Source: Chiloscyllium plagiosum
Taxonomy: Eukaryota
DNA length: 64,000 nt
Reading direction: 5' to 3'
NCBI RefSeq assembly: GCF_004010195.1
Contig: NC_057718.1
Location: 88,077,424-88,141,423 of the forward strand
The notes beneath the pieces were generated by a model, which saw only the letters and a list, made by a program, of their open reading frames with translations, was not told the DNA's origin and ran no database searches. Below, one piece after another: positions 12,070 through 24,000 of this stretch. Within the stretch, counting starts at the first letter, position 1. Each line of letters starts with the position of its first letter. The position numbers and the translations under genes were made by a program.

Positions 12070-15000
12070 GTGAGTAAATCCTGATCTAGTGAACTCAAAA
12101 AGGCTTCAGATTGTAAATGCAAGTTAGAGTTCAAAAGTACAGGTAACTAGTTGACTCTAATTCAGCTTTCCCTGTTCCAAATTGAATTTTTTTAAGGTAT
12201 TGTCATTAAGTTGTTTGTGGGAATATTTCTTGTATAGTCCTGACTTAATTGCTGCAACATTGATCATGCAGTAAATTGCTAATGCCTGAAGATCTAAAAT
12301 TCCCCCCTACTTACTTACTTACTTCCTACCCACCCACCTACCTACCTACCTACCTACCTATGTTCCTCAACCTACTACTTCGATCAAGTTTCTGACCATC
12401 TGTCTTAATTGCCTTATGGATCTCTGTGTACTTGATCAAAAATCCTCTGTAGAACTGCGAGATGCTGTATTATTGTCTTGTTGCATAACCTAAATTTGTT
12501 GTATTCACTGAGCAATAAGCAGCAGGAAGGTAAACAAAATTGGGGGTGGTACAGTGGTTTGCACTGCTGCCTAACAGCTCTGGGGACTGTTTGTCTGTGT
12601 GGAATTTGCACATTCTCCCCATGTCTGTGTGGATTCCTGCCAGGTGCCCTGGTTTCATCCCACAGTCCAAAGATGTGCATGTTAGGTGGATTGGCCAAGT
12701 TAAATTGTATCTACTGTCTAGGGATATATAGGTTGGGTGGATTAGCCCATGGTAAAATGCAGGGAGTGGGTCTGGCTAGGATGCCCTTCAGAGGGTTAGT
12801 GCAGACTTGATGGCCCAAATTGTATCTATCTGCACTAATTGGATTCTATGATTCTAATAACAAAAATGGATGATTTAAGAAGGCATTCAAGGCTGAGAGG
12901 GGAGGTGTTAAGATGGTAGTCTAATCACAGAATTTGACAGTAAAGAGGAATGTCTTTGCCCTGTCCAGTTGCTGGGTCTCCGAAAAGTGTTCACTTAGTC
13001 ACAATCTCCACACCACATTTTCTTAATTTTCACATGTTTATTTATGACTCTGCTTCCACTGCCCTGAGTGTTTCCTGCATATAAACTTACATGGAGACCT
13101 TTTCAGCCCATTTCTGCCCGTGCTGATGTCTTAAAACAGCTAACCAGTTAGTTCCACTTGTAATATCTCTCTCATTCTGTAACTTTTTCTCAAGTCTATA
13201 TCCATTTTGTATAAATTTCTATTGAATATTCTATTCCTTCCAGTACTGCTTTTTCATTATAATTTGTGGAGAACTTGGATTTGTCTTTTTTTTTCCACAA
13301 CTCCAGGCGTTCCAAAGCACCTTGCAGCCTGTAAGGCACTATTTGTAGTTGTCGTCTCTCTCTTGTAAAGTAGGAAATTTGGAACCTCATTTTGCTGTGA
13401 AGCTGTCCCAGATAAAGCGATGGTAGTGTAATCTGCTTATGTTGGTTGAGGAGTAAATATTGGTTAGGATAATTTCTTTTCTGTCCACTTTTATCAGGGC
13501 AGGTGGGCCTTTGCCTATGGTCACATCCTGAAGGGCAGTGCAGCAAGATGTCAGCCTAAATGATGGGCTGATGGCACTAAAATGAAGCTGATCGTTTAAA
13601 CGTGAAGTATTTGGTGTTCTTGAACATGTCATGTCAAGCAGATAGGGAATAACATAAAAGCATTAACTAAGAGTAAACAGCACCTGATGCTGCCCACCAA
13701 AACTCATGTGTTATTAGTAGGAATCTGAACTCAAGTTGGAAAACAAGGACACTTGCAGCTGTGTTATTACAATGGCTGCACACTGTTTGGTCTCTTTCAT
13801 TGACTGTTTACTGTAACACTCCGAGCAGCTTTCATAAACCATAAAAGTTGTTTTAAAAGGTATATATAACAGTGATGAGACTTAGCCAGAATTTTTTTTG
13901 CCCAGACTAATTGGGATGGGGGTGTGGTTGGGGAAAGAAAACAACTTCTGAGAAGGGGTTTTGAGTACATACTGAGCTCCCTCTTGGGATAATATGATGT
14001 GACTCATGCTTTCCTCTTTTACTTGAAGCCACAGGTTCTGTGTATTTTTATTTCTAAATGACTTGGGAATGGAGAACTGTATAATTAAGTTTATTACAAT
14101 TGTGTTAGGTGGCACAGCAAGTAATATGTATGTAAATGGGAAGATTCAAAAGAACGTTGATAATGGAACCCAATCTGTAGAAGCGTAATGTCATCTGCTT
14201 TGGGGATTTAAAAGGGGACCTGAGAAGGTTCAGGACTTTTGTTTTTTCAGAAATTTCTAACTGCAACCTTTTTTGAGAAACAGTTGTTTGATTTGCTAAG
14301 TCATGAAGTCTTACAGCACAGAAACAGACCCTTTGGTCCAACTTGTCCATTTCTAACCTGAACTATTCCCATTTGCTGCATTTAGTCCATATCCCTCTAA
14401 ACCTTTTTCTTATTCATGTACCTCTACAAACTTTTACCTGCTGTAATTGTACCTGCCTCTACCACTTACTCTGCCAGTTTGTTCTACGTACAAACCACCC
14501 TCTGAAAAAGCTGCCTTTTTTTTTAAAAAATCTTTCCCCTCTTACCTTAAGTCTATTGGACTCCTCTACCCTAGGGAAAAGGCCTTGGCTACTCCTTTTA
14601 TCTATGCCTCTCATGACTTTATAAACCTATATAAGGTAAATAAAAATCCATTAATTCTGAAAATTAGGCTCCACACACTTTATAAAGAAAATCACCATAT
14701 CTACAGAAGGTCTCCACTTGATAATTTAATTTCTTCAGACAGGTAGGGAAAAACCCACATGTCACTAGATTCTTAGATGTACAGCACAAAAACACCCTTC
14801 AGTCCAACTTGTCCATACTGACCAGGTATCCTAAATTCATCCAGTCCCATTTACCAGTATTTGCCTATATCCTTCTAAACCCTTCCTATTCATGTATCCA
14901 TCCAGATGCCTTTTTAAATGTTGTCATTGTACCAGCCTCCTCCACTTCCTCTGGCAGTTCATTCAAAATCCAAACTTAACACACATGATATTAAACATAC

Positions 15001-18000
15001 TGGAATTACAGACCAGTTAGCCTGTCATCTGTGGTGGGGAAATTATTATTGGAAATTATTTTGATCACCTTAATTTCAGTTAATTAGGGAGAGTTGGCAT
15101 GAATTTGTGAAGGGTAGGTCATGCCTGACAAACTGAATTTTTTTTGAAGAAGTGACAAAGGTTGTGGACAGAGGTGAGTCAATGGATGTCATTTATACAG
15201 AATTCAAGAAGGCTTTTGATAAAGCCCCACATGAGACTGTTAGCTAAAGTGGAAGTCCATGGAATTAAGGGCTCATTATTGACATGAATAGGAAATTTGT
15301 TTCCTGCCACCTAACCAGAGTTTGGGGAAAATTGGATAAATACTCTAGCTGGTAGGACGTGACTAGTGGTGTCCTGCAGGATGTGTTCAGGTCTCAATTA
15401 GTCACCATATTAATTAATGACTTGGATAATGGCATTTAAAAAAAATCAAATATCCAAATAGCTGACAATACAAAATTGGTCAGCATTGTAGACAGTATTG
15501 ATGATAGCATAAAATTACAACTGGATATTGATAGATTAGGTGAATGGACAAAATGCCACATGGATTTTCATGTAAGCAAGTATGAGTTTGTTCATTTTCG
15601 ACCAAAGAAGGATAGATCAGGGTTTTAAGAAGGCACCAAATTGAATACAGTGGATAGCCAATGAGATTTGTGGGGGTTCAGGTGCATAACTCTTCTTTAT
15701 ATTTTAAAAAAAACCACAAACCAGCATAAAGGATAATGGAATGCTGACCTTCATATCTAAAGGGCTGGAGTATAAAGATGCTGATGTTACGCTGCAATGA
15801 TACAAAACCCTAGTTAGACCCAATGTAGAGTACTGTGAGCCGATCTTAGCACCACACCTTAGGAAGGATACTTTGACCTTGGGGGGAGGGGCGGGGTTCA
15901 ACACAGTTTTAAATAAAACCTGGACCAGGGGTTTTGAGGAGAGATTAGACAAATTTAGGCCACCTTCTCCAGAATTTAGAAGGTTAAAGGGTGATTAAAT
16001 AAAGATTTTCAGTATATAAACAGGGAAAAACAGGGTAGAAAGATAAATTGTTTCTATTGGTTGACACTTTAGACCAAACAGCATAGCCGAACAATAGGCT
16101 AGGCCATTCAAAAGAGATGTTAGAAAGCACTTCTACATGTAAAGAGTAGTGAAGGTTTTGGACTCTTCTCTCAAATGGCAGTCGTGCTAATTCAGTTGTT
16201 CAATTTTAAATCAAGGCACGCTTTTGTTTAGCAAGGATATTGAAGGATATGGGCCCAAGGCAGACAAGAGTTCAGCAATGGATCAGCCATAATCTTACTG
16301 AATGGCGGATAGCTTGAAGGGCTGAATGGCCTACTCCTGTTGCTATGTTCCTAAGTCGCTCAATTGACATCATAAGATGCAAATGTATAGCTCAAAGGTT
16401 GATATTGCCTGTATGACTGGAACGAGAACTGTTTGGATGGGCTTTATTTGAACCATTGTCCTAGTAACTTGTATAGCGTAGTTTAAAGACCTACCTACAA
16501 ATTGGGCATGGGGTGGTGCACTTTGAGAGAAGTTTTAAAACAATCAAAGACCTGAAAGTGCAGAAGTACAGAGAATGCAAAGGTAATCAAAATATAATAG
16601 GAATGGATAGAAAATATAAGTAGACTGAAGCAGGAGTTAGAACAAATGTAAGGAGTAATGATAATTGAAAGCTTAAGGCTCTTTATCTGCATGTGCACAT
16701 TTCTAACCAGACAAATAAGTTTATGGCACAAATGGAAATAACTAAAAATCATGTGAAATCAAGTTGTGTGGAAATGAGGAATAGTAAGGGGAAGGGGTTG
16801 CAGGTATCCATAGGCCCCCTAAAGAGGTGCTTCTCGATTGTAGGACAAAGTGTAAGAGGGAAATAAGGTTGGTGTGTAAAAGAGCACTATAACTGTCATT
16901 GGAATTTTTAATCTGCACATTTGATTGCACAAATGAGATGGGGAGGGGGAACATGGAAGTTGAATCCGTAGAGTACATCAGAAAGTATGCAACATACTGC
17001 TTTAACAATCCAACTTGGAACAGCTATTTTAGACTAATATCACAGCTTGTAATGAGAATGGGATTAATAGTTCAGTATCCTCTAGGGGGCAGCAATTACA
17101 ACATGGTAGAATTTCGAACTTCAAATTCCACTTGAGGGAGAGCAGCTCTGGTCATAAACAAGTGTTCTTAACTTAAATAGGGATATTTACAAACGTATAA
17201 AGGAAGTTGTCTAAAGTGAGTGGAAAATGCATTAAGGGGACGGTCAGTGGGTGAGCAATGGCAGAAAACTTGTGTATATACTTCATAATCAAAGAATCCC
17301 TATAGTGTAGAACCTGGCCGTTTCACCCATTAAGTCCACACTGTTGCACCTAAAATAGTGTTTTAACTCTTATACCTAGCAAAGAAACTGCGAATTGACT
17401 CTCAATAATAACAATAATAATAATAATTAACACAATTCGTACTATATCAACAAAATATACTATAAACTAACAATTTACACTATAAATCTAATTTAACTAT
17501 CTTGTGCTTTAACTTACCTTTGGATGATCATATACCACCAACTAGATAGAACATAGAGAACATAGAACAGTACAGCACAGAACAGGCCCTTCAGCTCACG
17601 ATGTTGTGCCGACCACTGGTCCTCATGTATGCACCCTCAAATTTCTGTGACCATATGCATGTCCAGGAGTCTCTTAAATGTCCCCAGTGACCCTGCCTCC
17701 ACAACCGCTGCTGGCAACACATTCCATGCTCTCTCAACTCTGTGTAAAGAACCCGCCCCTGACACCCCCTCTATACTTTCCTCCAACCAGCTTAAAATTA
17801 TGACCCCTCATGTTAGTCGTTTCTGCCCTGGGAAATAGTCTCTGGCTATCAACTCTATCTATGCCTCTCATTATCTTGTATACCTCAATTAGGTCCCCTC
17901 TCTTCGTTCTTTTTTCAAATGAAAAAAGTCCGAGCTCAGTCAACCTCTCCTCATAAGATAAGCCCTCCAGTCCAGGTAGCATCCTGGTAAACCTCCTCTG

Positions 18001-21000
18001 AACCCTCTCCAAAGCATCCACATCTTTCTTCTAATAGGGTGACCAGAACTGGACGCAGTATTCCAAGTGCGGTCTAACCATTTCTGAAGAAGGGCTTATG
18101 CCCGAAATGTCGATTCTCCTGTTCCCTGAATGCTGCCTGACCTGCTCGCTTTTCCAGCAACACATTTTCAGCGGTCTAACCAAAGTCTTATAGAGCTGCA
18201 ACAAGATCTCACGACTCTTAAACTCAATCCAAACTAGATCTTGGCCTTGATTCATGTGGCGATGGTCATCTTCTTCCAGTGGTCCTGGTATTTTATCTTC
18301 AGTGATTGGTCTCTGGTTACTGCTCCTGAGGGTGGTATTGCAATGGTTCTTATACTTGGTCTTTGTCCACTTTTGGGACTGTCCTTGATAGATCTAACAG
18401 GGCTTGATCACCCTAATCAATCGGACCCAACCAGGCAATGACATGTTGATGGCAGGTTGGTCCTTAGCCATGCATTTCTGGAGGTGTTGGGTGCATGTAT
18501 GTCAGGTAGCCCTCTCCAAATAAGGATGTGAGGCACCTCCATGTCTGGTAAACAACTCAATATTTCAGATTGTCCTGGGAATGGCATTCAGTTGATTCTA
18601 TTCAATTCCAAATTAGAGTTTATATTGTTTTGGCTGCAGCTGCTGGGTCAATTACATACTGTCAGTCTGTATCTGTAGCGTGAGTGGATTCTGCAGCATG
18701 TTTATTAGCACAGTCACTTTGGTCAACGTTTGTCTCAATTACCTAGCATGCCTCATTTATTTCCATTTTTCATAAATCCATCACAAATGCATAAGTTTGA
18801 GTGGCTTGTCCAGCTACAGCGCCTGAAGAGCATGCCACCCAGGTCCACCCCCTTACTCTAACCCAGTAACCTTCCAATTATCATGTGCAATGGTTATGTT
18901 ACTAGACTAATAACCCAAAGACTGTGAGTTCAAACCACAGCAGTGTAAGAATTTAAAAGTGGGTACATAGTGCAACAATTATCATGGCTAATCGACCTAG
19001 TCTGCACATCTGTGGATATTATGGGCAATTTAGCATGGCCAATCCACCCACCCTGTACATCTTTGGACTGTGGGAAGAAACCAAAGCACCAGAGGAAAGC
19101 GACACAGACAAGGGAAATGTGCAAACTCCACACAGTTGCCTGAGGGTAGAATTGAACATAAGTACCTGGCACTGAGGCAGCAGTGCTAACCACTACCACC
19201 CATCAAAATGTTAAGGAAAAATTATTCCAGTTAAAAAGACCAGCATTTACTACCCATCTCAAATTCCACTTGAGAAGGTGATTGTGACTCAATGTTCCAA
19301 GATCTATGTTACTAGTCAGTAGATCTGTGACTTAGTTTCTGTATTAAAATGTAACTTTCTTCTCTTTTTGTTTAGTGACCTGTTACAAGATCTAGAGAGT
19401 TGTGACAGTGATCCTGTCGCAATTGCAGAATGTTTTGTAGCAAAGGTAAGTAGCTGCTTTTCTGTGCAAGGTTCCAAATGCAAGGTAGATTGGAGTAGCT
19501 TTCAGTTGAAAACTTTTTTTAAAAAATTGCTCCTTAACTATCTGTTAATGTTCATCCTGGTCTTTAACTATGCTCTTAAAGTAGTGATGAACTGCATTGA
19601 ATTGGCACAATCATAGAGTCATAGAGATGAGCAGCGCGGAAACATACCCTGCGGTCCAACTTGTCCATGCCGATTAGGTATCCCTAACCAATCTAGTCCC
19701 ACCTGCCAGCACCTGGCTCATATCCCTCCAAGCCCTTCCTATTCATATACTCATCCAAATGCCTCTTAAATGTTGCAATTGTACCAGTCTCGACCACTTC
19801 CTCTTCCAGCTCATTCCATACATGTACCACTCTCTGCGTGAAAATATTGCCCCTAGGTCTCTCTTATAATTTTCCCCTCACCCTAAACCTATGCCCTCTA
19901 GTTCTAAACTCCCCCACCCCAGGGAAAATACTTTGTCTCTTTATCCTATCCATGCCTCTTATAATTTTGTAAACCTCTATAAGGTCACCCCTCAGCCTTT
20001 GACGCTCCAGGGAAAACAGCCCCAACCTGTTCAGCCTCTCCCTATAGCTCAAATCCTCCAACCTGGCAACATCCTTGTTAATTTTTTTTGAGCCCTTTCA
20101 CGTTTCACAACATCTCTCCGATAGGAAGGAGACCAGAATTGCACGCAATATTCCAACAGTGGCCTAACCAGTGTCCTGTACAACCGCAACATGACCTCCC
20201 AATTCTTGTACTTTGACCAATAAAGGAAAGCATACCAAACGCCTCCTTCGCTATCCTATTTACCTGCGACTCCACTTGCAAGGAGCTATGAACCTGCACT
20301 CCAAGGTCTCTTTGTTCAGCAACACTCCCTAGGACCTTACCATTAAGTGTATAAGTCCTGCTAAGATTTGCTTTCCTGAAATGCAGCACCACGCATTTAT
20401 CTGAATTAAACTCCATCTGCCACTTCTCAGCCCATTGGCCCATCTGATCAAGGTTCCGTCGTAATCTGAGGTAACCTTCTTCGCTGTCCACCATGAGAGT
20501 TTTGTACAATCTGCTGTTAGGAAGGTAGTTCCAGATTTTGATCCAGAGGCAGTGAAGAAACTGAGAAAGATCCAAGTCAGGGTATATGTAGCTTGGAGGA
20601 GAATGTGCAAATGATCATGGTCGCATTCATTTGCCATCCTCTGACTAGAGGTTGGGAAGGTGTTGTCAACAGAGTCAGTTGTTCAGAAACATCCAGAATA
20701 AAGAAAAATTGATGTGCTAGAGATTTCCTTATTTCCTGTGTATATGTTAGGTGCATTCTGCGCAGGAGTATGAAATTGTCTTGTTTTCCTTGGTTCTCAT
20801 CAGAATTTAATTCAAACCAAGTCTGTATTGTTAATGTTTGTTTGGGTTACCTTCAGTTGAAATAATAATAGATTCCATATGTCATTGGGACATATGTTCC
20901 ATGGGGCGCACTCTAATCTCATAGAACATAGATAAGCTATATTAGTTGGTTGGAATATATTAAACAAATCATTCCAATAAACAGCAGAGTTTGGGTCAGA

Positions 21001-24000
21001 TGAGAGGTTTCTTGAAGCCTACCTTTTGCCAGTCCACGTTCAGGGTTACCAGGACAGGAGATAGGCAATGGATACCTGCCGAGAAGCCAAGTTAGTTACT
21101 TTTTTTTTAAATTGAGGCTGGGAACCTGAGGTTTGAACATGCTTTGTTTATGTGTGGCTGCCTAGGTTGCTTAAATGTTGAGAAACCTAGCAGCCCAGGG
21201 AGGCAAGGAAGAGTTGGGGAAAAGCTCAGCACCAGCAGCACTGCTTGTGAACCAAACAAAAAACTCTTTCCTCAAATCTTACACTTGCCTCCAAATCTAC
21301 TCATTAAACTGATCAATGTTGGGATTGTTGTGGGTACTATGTTCTCTGCAGGATGCCAAGACAATAAAAACTAAAAGAACTGTGGATGCTGTAAATCAGA
21401 AACAAAAACAAATTGCTGGATACGCTTAGCAGGTCTGGCGCGTGGGTGGAGAGAAATCAAAATTAATGTTTTTTGGTTAAGTGATCCTTCTCAGAACTAA
21501 TAGTAGTTGGGAAAATGTCTGTTTATATACAGCAGATATGGTGGGGGAGGGGCTAAGGAGTAAATGATAGGTGGGGATAGAGCTCAGAGATGAGAGCAGT
21601 TAGACAGACAAAGGAGCTAAAACTGATTTACTTTGCATTGGCATGTTTGTTTGATTTTTGCTTTCTTCTTGTGCAGAGTGAAGAGTTTCACATTTACACT
21701 CAATACTGTACAAACTATCCCAGGTAAGGTGGCAAAAGATGTGGCCCAATTTTGTCTCACATTGAAGCTTGCCCTGTTACACTGTGCAGATCTTGTCTTT
21801 CCCATGTATTTTCAAGTGGCTCAAAGGCCACTTTTCACTCAACCTGGCTGTCGGGGAGCTAATTAGAACATGTAGATTGCTGGCCTTGCGATCCTCGTGG
21901 CTTTTGAATCAATGAAGAATATTAATGGAGGGGTTATAAAACCAGTTTTCTCCCCTCCAACTTGTCCAGCTGGTAGAGGTTAAAGTTCACCCCAAAATGT
22001 CAGGCAACCTTTGGCTATGGAAGTCCCTCAGCGGTGTAGAGGTCGGTGCGCCAAACTACTACTGCGCCTCCCTTGTCAGCTGGTTTGATGGTGAGGTTGG
22101 GGTTAAAGTTCACCCCAAAATGTCAGGCAACCTTTGGCTATGGAAGTCCATGTTTGGAGCTAATTAAAATTCCAACATCTGTTGTTTCAAGGAAATAATG
22201 AAGTTGGATCTTCTCTTTTGCCTGTTCATTCTGCAGATATCGTCGTAGTGCTACCTCTCCCTTTCCTATTGAGCCCCTTGATCAAACTAATGGATTTAAA
22301 CCCAGTCAGCTGCTGAAGAGTTTATGAAAACCTAATTTTGGAGTTCATTTGCTTTAGTTTAGCTTGTGTGTTGAACAATTCTAAAGGCATTTGATTCTTC
22401 AGAGAGCCTAAAACTTATTCAACAGGAAGGTATTTGTTGAAATATTTTATGTTGCACTAATATATGTAAATGTCATCTCCTAATATTTAAGGTGAGAAGG
22501 ATTTCATTGTCCATTTTTTTTCAGTCCGATATTCAGTACTGGCGCTCTGAGCAACTGTTCAGGAATCCAATAACATGAATTGTGTACAGTCTTGGGCTCC
22601 TTACTTAAGAATCCACTTATCATAGAGGGAGTACAAATAATATTCACCAGCTTGATCCCTGGAATGGTAGGATTGTCCTTTTGAGCGGACTTGGCCTTTA
22701 GACCCTAGAGTTTAGAAGAATAAAAGGTGATCTTATTGAGGATAGAAAATTGTTGTCGGGCTTGCAGGGTAGATGCAGGAAGGATGTACCTCCTGGTTAG
22801 GAGGCCTGGAATTGGGGTACACCCAATTAGAGAGGCAACTTTAATACTGACGAGTGGGAGAATTTCTTCCCTTAGACTGATGAACCTTTTAGAATTCTCT
22901 ACCACAACTGTGGAGGCTCAGTTCTTGAGTATGTTCAAGAAAGCAATCAAAACATTTTCTAGTCAGCCAAAATATCAAGGAGTATTATGAAGAAAAAGGC
23001 ATGAGAAAGGTGGTGAGCTATGTATTTAGTTGATTAGTGGTGCTAAATGGACTACTCCTGCTCTAAGTTCCAGTGTGCCAATGTGATATATAGAGTATGT
23101 TGCAGCTTTTGAGATCAAGTAATATTACAATGGATTTGTAGCTGCTTCAGTGGATTACAACATCTGCCAAGTTCATTGCAGCTGTTGAGGTGATTCAGTA
23201 ACCCTGAATGATGACATGCAAGGAAAAATTAGGCAAAAATGCAAAGGCCTCAGCGCACCAGTCAGGAAGAAGCAAACCTCTAGAATCGGCCAAACAGAAA
23301 ATACTACTTGTAAAGTCTTGATAAAAGACTGAAGTAACAGTAAAGAAAAATTCCATTTATTTTGCACAAAGTCAGTTATTTAAAAGGGTCACTAATCTTT
23401 CTGGATCACTTACAGATCTGTGGCAGTGTTAACAGAGTGTATGAGAAACAAAGTGCTTGCCAAATTCTTCAGAGAACAACAGGAGTCCTTGAAACACTCC
23501 CTACCTCTGGGATCCTACCTTCTCAAACCAGTGCAACGCATTCTGAAGTACCATCTCCTCTTGCATGTAAGTGGTCATGAATGACTTTCAGTCCGCAGTT
23601 CAGATTTGAAGACTGCTGACAATTGATGCCACTTCCTGCATCCAGAAAACATCTTGCTATTAGTGTCAGTGATTTGCCAAAATCATTTCTTGTGAAGCTT
23701 TACCCTATTTAAGATCCAGTGTTGAATGGATCCAGCAACATCATTGTTATTAAAGCTCTGAACTTACAGCTGTTGTGAAGATAAAGAAATATCAATGAGA
23801 TATGAGACTTACCTAGCTTACTACAACTTAATTTTGAAGTCTTTGCTTTCATTTTTGATTGTGCAGGATAGTCTCTCTTGGCTGCCATCTGCTGTAAGGC
23901 TGCCACTATTGCCGTCTGTGTAAGAATCGCTTGTTACAAAAAGCATACCAATGCTTCTACTTCCTCCAGAAGGCTAAGGAAATTCAGCATGTCCACAATG

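Noticed and set aside
21978..22149. Repeat-spacer-repeat resembling a CRISPR unit
   Set aside because: Only two repeats, in a vertebrate intron, with no cas genes. It is explained as a target duplication around a TE fragment.
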